20,000 bases of DNA from an uncultured virus (IMG/VR IMGVR_UViG_3300021164_000690) (Duplodnaviria; Heunggongvirae; Uroviricota; Caudoviricetes), in IMG/VR virus record IMGVR_UViG_3300021164_000690; one strand, given 5' to 3'. Every line of letters begins with the position of its first letter. Positions within the stretch are counted from its first letter, which is position 1. The position numbers and the translations under genes are program-made. The notes beneath the pieces are model-generated. The model was not told where the DNA came from. It saw only the letters and a list, made by a program, of their open reading frames with translations, and did not search any database. This document shows, piece by piece, positions 9,901 through 15,096 of the stretch.

Positions 9901-11544
9901 TTTGACACTTTCGCCGTATTTCAAAGTTTCGTTAATTTGAAACTCACCACTGACCACATCTACATCTATGTAGTCTTCACCAATTGTAGATGATCCGTCA
10001 GCACCATAGTAGAATACAATGGTTGCCCTTGCATCACTATTCATACCTTGCAATAGTTTTCCAGGAATGATATCAGTGTTTAATGGATTTCCTTGATCGA
10101 CTTCAGTTCCGTTATTATTTGTGAAGAATATTCTTGTAAAACCTTCTGGACTTGGAGTAATATTTGTAACACGACTCTGTGAAATTCCTTCACCATATGC
10201 AATTACTTGCTGATATGGTCCAGGCTCTGGCTGCGCAGCCGCAATTAATGTTTCTGCATATTCACATGCAGTGTAGATACTTTTAAAAGCATATGCTAAT
10301 GCTCTACCTTCTTTTCCAGGTGGAGTGTTTGTTTGATTGTCATCACCACTAACTGATACAAACAAATTAATTGTACTAGCAAAACTTGAATTATCAACAT
10401 AGTATTTTGTTGCTGCCTGTAAGTCATCATCACCGTTTGGAGTTCCTGAACCAGCTAAACTACCTGGGTGATCATGCAATGTTAACGCACCGGTCATTGT
10501 GTCGCCTTGGCGACGAACAACGCTCTTGCGAGGTAAAGCTTCATTGCTTAACCAGAAGCCTTCTAAATTTGAATCATAAAATGCATCAGTTAATGTTTGA
10601 ACTCCTGATCCGCCACTAACAGTAATTCGATTAGTTCCGTTTCTTGCATCTTCAAAAGTATGAAAGAAGCTTAATTGTGATGCACTTACATATTTTAAAA
10701 AGTAAACTGATTTAGCAACTCCTGATCCAGAACCAACCCCAGTTGCTATGAATTTTGTACCTAAAAGATTATCAACGGCTCCAATACTAGTCCATGTAGT
10801 ATTTCCTGCGCTGCTAATAATATACGTTCTGCCAACTACAAAGCTGCCAGCGTTAACAGTTTCAGTTAAACCTGTTGCGTTACCGCCCGTCGAGTTGTAG
10901 GTAAATGCAATACCATCTGCACCACTATCATAACCATGTGCAGTAATACTAGCGTTACCGTCAGCAAAAACGTCAATTAATTTTGTATAACCTGATGCAT
11001 TTAATGGCTCATCTCTTAGACGAATCTGTCCAGCACTTGACCCGCCAGTTTGTTGGATATATCTGCGATCTGCATATCCCTTAGTAATAGCCAACTCGTC
11101 AATCGTAACAGTGGTGCCGCCAGGGCCGTGACGATCATTAAAATCTTGAACAGCCTGTACACTTGGTTCTGCAATTTTACCAATTGGGAATACACCTAAA
11201 CCGTTTAATGGTCCGCCTAACGTAGGGAACTCGTCGTTTACAATATCACCGCCAGTTGCTGAGATTGTAATTTTTGTAGGATCACTTACATCGATAGTAA
11301 CATTATTGCCCTGTACAAGATCTCTAGCTAAAACTTCAGCACCTGCATCATCAGATGTTAGGATTTGATTTGAACCTAATGTGTTGGGAGTTCCGTCAAG
11401 ATCTGTAAATCCAATCCTGTCTCCAGTATTGAAAATAGCGTAAAGCTCGTTAAAGTTGGCATTAACTTTGCGGAACGATTCGCGAATACTATCGCCGGTT
11501 CCGTCATTACCTTGTACGCCAATGTCGATTGATTGTCTTGCCAT
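3940..11544 (-). CDS. Giant virion structural/tail-spike-like protein (2534 aa) with a C-terminal intramolecular-chaperone (peptidase G2-like) domain
   Basis: gp9/gp10-like N-terminus (MARQSIDIGVQGNDGTGDSIRESFRKVNANFNELY). A pectin-lyase-like signature (VESGIYYEDLPIRLPANVAIIGDEMRRTIIRP) and three S..R...VATV....PHGL..G repeats. The C-terminus ATYADLAEWY...PGTVLVFGG...VAGVVTTNPAYVMN...ALQGRVPVKV...KGDLI is typical of auto-cleaving chaperone domains. Confidence 0.8.
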   Translation of the reverse strand: MARQSIDIGVQGNDGTGDSIRESFRKVNANFNELYAIFNTGDRIGFTDLDGTPNTLGSNQILTSDDAGAEVLARDLVQGNNVTIDVSDPTKITISATGGDIVNDEFPTLGGPLNGLGVFPIGKIAEPSVQAVQDFNDRHGPGGTTVTIDELAITKGYADRRYIQQTGGSSAGQIRLRDEPLNASGYTKLIDVFADGNASITAHGYDSGADGIAFTYNSTGGNATGLTETVNAGSFVVGRTYIISSAGNTTWTSIGAVDNLLGTKFIATGVGSGSGVAKSVYFLKYVSASQLSFFHTFEDARNGTNRITVSGGSGVQTLTDAFYDSNLEGFWLSNEALPRKSVVRRQGDTMTGALTLHDHPGSLAGSGTPNGDDDLQAATKYYVDNSSFASTINLFVSVSGDDNQTNTPPGKEGRALAYAFKSIYTACEYAETLIAAAQPEPGPYQQVIAYGEGISQSRVTNITPSPEGFTRIFFTNNNGTEVDQGNPLNTDIIPGKLLQGMNSDARATIVFYYGADGSSTIGEDYIDVDVVSGEFQINETLKYGESVKELNITINVESGIYYEDLPIRLPANVAIIGDEMRRTIIRPRNRISKSKWSNVAFFRDKTFDGLRLTEYTGTNLAPATTATSSQLTGDVVITLGTGTASSTWIGGFFKATQGTGEYPAEGVITAVNTNTFNVTLHDDFSSLTPVTSGNWTIFQTTNYGRHYLQDPALRENTIILDIEDTYPKASALLLSNKELIKDEVIRYMDVTYPTLPYDDVEFSRSVGLIVDAMSADLLTGEIDNVLSVGEQYFDPSRSPLAVTTQKTETLVGIQYINTLAQQIITNTTLSPKRGTIAQVKDLVNPGETESSTRISGQVGAIKAAIGKYDVGSIYNPPKNNLEMDVFLCNDSVILRQICVQGHGGFMMVLDPAGQILSKSPYCQQSSSFSGSINKQRFAGGQFVDGFNANLSAIVTTKINSTNIDVTNTDRKPQVPAFFQVNANRYRIDAVNYSGNGYENAAALLKINKNFIKAQVVAKVAADNPTLVYPEVKINIETGHIVDALVHDLLYGGNSETLELSYAFYVGRKLQLSSIYKPVFLTSCEYIRTISRDIIANVTVIPLQTEVTQTTGATGETLALAKINTLVTSTLVTVINGGVTAAPARSYATYRLLLSGSTPLGSTILTSLPSDITIVGAGNTSMLSNDFTQINDLGYGLIAINKGLVETVSVFSYYCHTAFYAKSGGQIRSLNGSTAYGVYGLVAEGGDPLEVPDNITLADDMIQVARIYKLGTFVNTGDLNDTSWIVHDFSYPIAAISDIEINHGSTLGIARYEVNRCEDVSLDAGLPLGSLIRINLTTSVSDTLAGLIGPLTHDQTVIVRAKRSFRFYDVTETNPIRPSTALTFIGDPSPETPAVYRAVAYASTNSLGVPLQSAAQSIVSSVSRTSGVATVVTLAAHGLISGKFAEVDVSISSFNTTFATVTVIDSVTFTYANAGPDVATTTATGICIPNKEAQIRIDQDYRYIQLTVKQLSVVNGDIVSLARAADVATVYIDEPHGLNVGEIISINADDVLYDVDYVTILSTPTPYSVTYANPGASEATKVGTGTLSILIVSKLGYVDISFISRNGSNVAQAVCARPHGLSTGNLVDISIDDATYNGTGISVTVVNQTTFTYANTGSLETEKFVLGTCIRGTSTLGATAGDRQFAISRVTTPEIARLNTGQMLTAWNGKVFRITNYFDKGVSANYGIISIEDYFDINTAEDSVPTIGLTSSLTHVTNLDLSSNIFSLRAGLAAEENVEILVNISTCRATGHDFLDIGTGGYNASNYPSKIYGRGGLPGGLSVEVVEKTQGRVFWISTDQNGFFRVGRFFTVDQGTGSVSFNANIGLTGLSSLALTSGREINEFSEDSEFIDMADDSVPTENAVGTYIDRRLGMNKENVPISSLALSAVGPGYMDRAGILEATADLRFGGFKLKNVGAPVSDTDAAHKLYVDSLVAQYDSVDALKNVNIFSPQPADVAAFPIAGGAIISATISGDITATFSSADTTTLVGPITGITQLDVNSGITVVNITGFPTSGYLKINDEIFYYASVTGASNRFDDVVRLSVSSATDIKFGPDFQDPSTHSAGSIVHGLNDAQLNYQINPGVIIDADVNSGADIAQSKLLMNLATARATVPTGTARAKQNLSGLASFDSANFEVAEGWVGIKAGGVARSEMANIDNKAILGNFTGASAAPQQVSSQSIVEEGLRTAFNTTGVVTITAVAGTSPNNVNSYAITSVTTTGGNDSLVKTLSAGEIDVKQLKVDGYKIIDTASTHVEFYSPAAGTAFNFMSSAGTDPTGTTYIHNNLDVATGLNVTGVLTSTNITTGSLLGSGSLTGVWTLQDTSKLVLETGGIIDARAGSIEVDDITTGSATTRGDIQGEWHLDGTFEATYADLAEWYASDQEYEPGTVLVFGGAAEVTTTFISSDSRVAGVVTTNPAYVMNKDLQGTRACIALQGRVPVKVLGIIKKGDLITTAAQAGYGCKAMNPQVGTIIGKAIADKLDPGKGIVEVAVGRI

Positions 11545-11548
11545 GATA

Positions 11549-11899
11549 TTATCCTAATTCTTCGTGAAAATCTTGCCCTACACTAAAGCTAGATCCGCAC
11601 CCGCAGGTGCTATTTGCATTTGGGTTTTTGATGTTAAAACTTGATCCCATGGTACTCTCACTGTAATCTATTTCTGATCCCGTGAGATAAGTCATACTCA
11701 TACCATCTACAACAACTTTGAACTCATCTAAAGCAATTTCAAAGTCGTCTTCGTTGACTTCTTCGTCTAGTGTAAACCCATAATTAAAACCACTACAGCC
11801 GCCACCTTGCACAAATGTTCTAAGTGCCATGCGTGGATTGTTTTCCTCACGCAATATGTCAATAATTTTAGCTTTTGCTGATTCAGAAATTGTTATCAT
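11549..11899 (-). CDS. erpA: A-type iron-sulfur cluster carrier (ErpA/IscA/HesB family)
   Basis: Canonical motifs [13 protein letters not shown] and [14 protein letters not shown] with all three conserved Cys. AAGGA SD upstream. Confidence 0.93.
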   Translation of the reverse strand: MITISESAKAKIIDILREENNPRMALRTFVQGGGCSGFNYGFTLDEEVNEDDFEIALDEFKVVVDGMSMTYLTGSEIDYSESTMGSSFNIKNPNANSTCGCGSSFSVGQDFHEELG

Positions 11900-11916
11900 T
11901 ATGGTTCCTTATAAGG

Positions 11917-11924
11917 TATTTATC
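11917..11924 (-). promoter_or_regulatory. T4-late-like promoter (GATAAATA) upstream of erpA and the fibre genes
   Basis: The minus strand reads gtaGATAAATAccttataaggaaccataATG. Confidence 0.6.
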
Positions 11925-11952
11925 TACATGATTTTATAACCTTAATGTAAAG

Positions 11953-11958
11953 TAAATA
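11953..11958 (+). promoter_or_regulatory. T4-late-like promoter core (TAAATA), divergent from the erpA promoter
   Basis: gTAAATAcATG directly abuts the start codon at 11960. Confidence 0.5.
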
Positions 11959-11959
11959 C

Positions 11960-12250
11960 ATGATGTTTATAAAGATTGAATATGAGCTCACAGAGCATAC
12001 TAGGACTAGCAAGCTAGGAAAAGAACATGCGTATACTCGTAAACGTGCTGTGATTCTTTTTAGGTGTGATAACTGCAATGAGTTATTTCGAAGAGACAAA
12101 GGTAAGATGGATCCAAAACGACTAAGTAATAACTACTTTCACGTTTGTAGCAACTGCGATTCTAAACAGTTTGCTCAAAAAAAGGGAGTGGAAAATAGGC
12201 GTATTTGGGATATGAAGGCTAGCAGTATGCAAGACGTTTCTAAATTATAA
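11960..12250 (+). CDS. Small basic zinc-ribbon protein (96 aa), function unknown
   Basis: CDNC ... HVCSNC paired Cys motifs, K/R-rich. Confidence 0.75.
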   Translation: MMFIKIEYELTEHTRTSKLGKEHAYTRKRAVILFRCDNCNELFRRDKGKMDPKRLSNNYFHVCSNCDSKQFAQKKGVENRRIWDMKASSMQDVSKL

Positions 12251-12271
12251 CGAACTGCGTTTTAATACAAC

Positions 12272-12277
12272 TAAATA
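12272..12277 (+). promoter_or_regulatory. T4-late-like promoter core (TAAATA)
   Basis: cTAAATAaaaatctaAGGAGGacattaacATG upstream of the ORF at 12300. Confidence 0.5.
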
Positions 12278-12299
12278 AAAATCTAAGGAGGACATTAAC

Positions 12300-12566
12300 A
12301 TGTTCAAAGCAATTAAAGAATTCTTTACAGGCAAACCAGCCGTTGTAGAGACACCGGTAGAGGCACCATATAAGGTAGAAGTTGAAGCTAAAGTTGAAGC
12401 TGTGAATGCTCAACCTGTAGAAACTGCGCCTGTAGAAACTGCGCCTGTAGAAGTTGTTGCAACCACTGAAGCGCCAAAAAAGGCTCCTGCAAAGAAGCAA
12501 CAGTTTGACAAAAAGCCAGCAGTCAAGAAGCCACGTGGACCACGTAAGCCTAAAGTTGCAAAATAA
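12300..12566 (+). CDS. Low-complexity hypothetical protein (88 aa) with an acidic PVE-repeat middle and a histone-H1-like K/P/A-rich tail
   Basis: Perfect AGGAGG SD, a terminator directly downstream and a composition typical of small phage proteins. Confidence 0.8.
   Translation: MFKAIKEFFTGKPAVVETPVEAPYKVEVEAKVEAVNAQPVETAPVETAPVEVVATTEAPKKAPAKKQQFDKKPAVKKPRGPRKPKVAK
12414..12452 (+). repeat. 15-bp coding tandem repeat CCTGTAGAAACTGCG x2.6 (PVETA)
   Basis: Exact copies at 12414-12428 and 12429-12443, and a partial copy at 12444-12452. Confidence 0.9.
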
Positions 12567-12593
12567 AAAAGCACCTCTTGGGTGCTTTTTATT
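12562..12593. terminator. Bidirectional intrinsic terminator between convergent genes
   Basis: aataaaaaaGCACC-tcttg-GGTGCtttttatt: GC stem with A/T tracts on both sides. Confidence 0.88.
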
Positions 12594-12597
12594 GTTA

Positions 12598-13620
12598 CTA
12601 TATTAGTTTAAGTTCTAGTGCTCTGTTGTACACCTGGGCACTAGACAAGTTTTTGCCTTTGCTTTCGCACATGATGTCAAAGTTTTCCCAAAAGCTCAGT
12701 GCCCAATCGGTCACGGGCTGATTCCAATACCAATCACTGTGTGCCCGCATCTTTTGTTTCTTGTAACCTGATTCAAGCAGTTGAGCATGATTGGGTACAA
12801 CATTGGGATCGTGACCTACTAGTACATCTTCTCTGCTGACACTGTAATGACATACTGGGCGCACACCACGCCAACTATCAATTACACGTTTAACTCTATC
12901 ATCGGTGGACTGTATATATTCACCTGTACGTATCCAGTGATGGTGTAGGTCAAGAACCAATGCACAGTCATTGACGAGTTCGAGACTGGACTCGACTCCC
13001 CAGGACATTTCGTCGTTTTCAATTGTGATGCAGTTTCTTGCTTCTGGGGAAAGCCGTCTGAGGGCAGATCGAATGCCTTCGGGGCCGCGTTTACCCGAGA
13101 TATGTACGTTGATTTTAAAATCCTGGAAGGATTTGCCAAAGCCCATCCATCTGGCCATGTCAGCATGATATTCAAACTCCTCTATTGATCTTTCTACAAT
13201 GCCTGGATTTTCACTAGCCAAGACACAAAACTGTCCTGGATGAAAACTAACACGCACATCATGTTTGCGAGCCGCTTTGCCCACTGGAGCAAATATCTTC
13301 TCGCAATGACGTTGTTGATCTGGATGTTGCCACCATTTGATCCAGTCTTTTTCAGTATAACCACTCAGCATTTCTGAACCAATACGCATCATTCTTCGCT
13401 CAGGCGGCAGAGTGGCCACACGTTCAATCTGTTTGATCGCGGCTGACGTGTTGTGATCCATCAGTTCGTACAGACGTTGTTCAGCTTCTAACGGATGTTC
13501 ACGTAACCATCGCATGGTAGTACTGCGACCATTTAATTCTCTATTAGCGGCATTGACTTTCATGCCCCTTACTTCTGAGGCATCATCTAACCATTTACAA
13601 GCGTAACCAATTCTTTTCAT
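12598..13620 (-). CDS. uvsE: UV damage endonuclease (UvsE/UvdE family)
   Basis: Motifs RIGYAC, RVSFHPGQFCVLAS, INVHISG, ITIENDE, LVLDLHHHW, HYSVS, RAHSD and DIMCESKGKN are characteristic of the UVDE TIM-barrel family. Confidence 0.93.
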   Translation of the reverse strand: MKRIGYACKWLDDASEVRGMKVNAANRELNGRSTTMRWLREHPLEAEQRLYELMDHNTSAAIKQIERVATLPPERRMMRIGSEMLSGYTEKDWIKWWQHPDQQRHCEKIFAPVGKAARKHDVRVSFHPGQFCVLASENPGIVERSIEEFEYHADMARWMGFGKSFQDFKINVHISGKRGPEGIRSALRRLSPEARNCITIENDEMSWGVESSLELVNDCALVLDLHHHWIRTGEYIQSTDDRVKRVIDSWRGVRPVCHYSVSREDVLVGHDPNVVPNHAQLLESGYKKQKMRAHSDWYWNQPVTDWALSFWENFDIMCESKGKNLSSAQVYNRALELKLI

Positions 13621-13766
13621 AGGAATTTTTCTATAAGACGTTCAACAACCAAATAATATGACCATAGGGGTATAAAGATTGCAAACGTGGTTGACCAAAA
13701 GCCCTTTGCAATGACAAGTCCTGCAATCCAGCCTACCAATAAAACAAATGCGATTATGTGTCTCAT
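13617..13766 (-). CDS. Small membrane protein (49 aa), absent from the ORF track: MRHIIAFVLLVGWIAGLVIAKGFWSTTFAIFIPLWSYYLVVERLIEKFL
   Basis: It fills the gap exactly. Its stop overlaps the uvsE start (ATGA), it has two hydrophobic segments, and a consensus promoter lies just upstream. Confidence 0.8.
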   Translation of the reverse strand: MRHIIAFVLLVGWIAGLVIAKGFWSTTFAIFIPLWSYYLVVERLIEKFL

Positions 13767-13772
13767 ACTGTT

Positions 13773-13801
13773 ATTATACAGCAATTATCGCCAGTTGTCA
13801 A
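13773..13801 (-). promoter_or_regulatory. Consensus sigma70 promoter TTGACA-17bp-TATAAT
   Basis: Minus strand TTGACA actggcgataattgctg TATAAT aacagt ATG. The -35 box lies within the 3' end of the glycosyltransferase gene. Confidence 0.88.
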
Positions 13802-14480
13802 CTACAATTGGATCCTTAACTTGTTCTGGTTTTGGTGATCCGTGAAATACTAAAATTGATGTATTTGTTTTAATCTCAGGTTCAACAATTTTGGTAAACA
13901 TCTTGTTGTTGCCTGCACCAGATAATTCTTTTCGATCTCGAACTTCCCATTTATAACTTTGACACCATTCATCAGGCCAAAAATCAAAATTTGTTTTAAT
14001 TTGATCAAACATCCAATCCTGATCGCCGTGCATACGTTTAGTAACTGTTAGATTATTTACTAAGTTTTTCCAGACTGTGGGATTGGTATGTGCTTCTAAT
14101 CGAAATACAGAGCTGTTAAATCTTTTCCAATCGGGATATATTGAACGATTGAAATCTCTGATAATACAAAACTTTCCAGGACTGTGAGTCCAGAAGTGAT
14201 CCATGTTTCTTACTATAACTATGTCTAAATCTAAAAATAATAAAGTTCCGGTTACTGGGAACTTATCACTGAAAACATAGGGCTTGTACCACCACCCTTG
14301 CAAATCAACTTCAGGAAGTGGTACTATTTGTATTGCTGGATTTAAATTTGTAGCATCTTCAGTTATGCAGACAAAGTTAACAGATTTTGTACTATGGCGT
14401 TTGACCATATTAAACAATCTATTAACATAATCTGCACTATACTTGTTGCCGTATTTTAAGCAAACAACGCTTCTTGACAT
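13785..14480 (-). CDS. GT-A fold glycosyltransferase-like protein (231 aa)
   Basis: Motifs VCLKYGNKYSADYV, FVCITE, GWWYK, LFLDLD (DxD), FNSSV, GDQDW and ILVFHGSPKP, resembling GT8-like phage glycosyltransferases. Confidence 0.82.
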   Translation of the reverse strand: MSRSVVCLKYGNKYSADYVNRLFNMVKRHSTKSVNFVCITEDATNLNPAIQIVPLPEVDLQGWWYKPYVFSDKFPVTGTLLFLDLDIVIVRNMDHFWTHSPGKFCIIRDFNRSIYPDWKRFNSSVFRLEAHTNPTVWKNLVNNLTVTKRMHGDQDWMFDQIKTNFDFWPDEWCQSYKWEVRDRKELSGAGNNKMFTKIVEPEIKTNTSILVFHGSPKPEQVKDPIVVDNWR

Positions 14481-14978
14481 TTAGCCTTCGTAAATTGCTG
14501 AATTACCATCGTGTTCAAACACTTCAGCCGACTTTAATCGAATCATTGGATTTACTGGGTAACGATCTTGGTCTGGATATTCTTTGAGCTGTTCTAAAAT
14601 TCTACTCATTTCCGTATAAGCAAGCTCTGCAAATTTTTCACAACCAACTGCTTCAACAATACGCAAGTCGCATACACCACCTTGATCTTGTTTGCCCATA
14701 GCAGCCATTTGTTTGAACATTTCTAAATGTGGATCATCTTGTGCTATGACAAGAGTGTGATCGAACATGTAGTCGGCCCATGATTTGAACTTCTTTAGGC
14801 CACCAAAATCCATAACCCAGTTTTTATCATCTAGTGTTTCTGATTCAAAAATTAATCGAATACCAATTGAGTATCCGTGTAATAGCGAGCAGTGACTGTG
14901 CATTGCTCGCCATTGTCTAAAACAGCATGATAAGCCGCGGTCAGTACCGTATGTTTTTGTTGATAGATATTTTGCCAT
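14481..14978 (-). CDS. queD: 6-carboxytetrahydropterin / 6-pyruvoyltetrahydropterin synthase family protein (QueD-like, divergent)
   Basis: T-fold QueD/PTPS motifs HCSLLHGY, WVMDFGGLK, FDHTL, GCEKFAE and VFEHDGNSA. Confidence 0.85.
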   Translation of the reverse strand: MAKYLSTKTYGTDRGLSCCFRQWRAMHSHCSLLHGYSIGIRLIFESETLDDKNWVMDFGGLKKFKSWADYMFDHTLVIAQDDPHLEMFKQMAAMGKQDQGGVCDLRIVEAVGCEKFAELAYTEMSRILEQLKEYPDQDRYPVNPMIRLKSAEVFEHDGNSAIYEG

Positions 14979-14999
14979 TGTTGTCTTCCTTTGTTAACA

Positions 15000-15049
15000 A
15001 TGACATGCAGAGTTTATATTGCGGGATGAATGTCTAAGTCCGCATATAG
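15000..15049 (-). ncRNA. Candidate preQ1-I-like riboswitch or pseudoknotted cis-regulatory RNA in the queD leader
   Basis: UGCGG-ACUUAGACAUUCAUC-CCGCA-AUAUAAACU-CUGC-AUGUC. It has a P1 stem, a CAUCCC loop end and an A-rich tail as in type I preQ1-I aptamers, plus a loop GACAU / downstream AUGUC pairing. Confidence 0.55.
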
Positions 15050-15051
15050 TA

Positions 15052-15079
15052 ATTATACACGAACTTAGGCCAATGTAAA
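15052..15079 (-). promoter_or_regulatory. sigma70-like promoter TTTACA-16bp-TATAAT for queD
   Basis: Minus strand TTTACA ttggcctaagttcgtg TATAAT. The predicted start site falls at the 5' edge of the structured leader. Confidence 0.7.
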
Positions 15080-15096
15080 GTTTTTTGGTTGGATAA

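Noticed and set aside
195..10619. Many plus-strand ORFs (67-144 aa) opposite the two giant structural genes, plus the 71-aa minus-strand ORF at 2737-2952
   Set aside because: These are antisense or alternate-frame shadows of long, codon-biased genes. They have no SD, promoter or recognisable motifs.
74..11544. Diversity-generating retroelement targeting the fibres
   Set aside because: No reverse transcriptase and no near-identical template/variable repeat pair differing at adenines was seen in this window.
11960..12250. HNH homing endonuclease call for the Cys-rich ORF
   Set aside because: Only two CxxC-type pairs are present, with no recognisable HNH catalytic motif.
12240..12500. 86-aa minus-strand ORF with FYRRS repeats
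   Set aside because: It is the antisense reading of the PVETA repeat. The plus-strand gene has the SD, promoter box and terminator.
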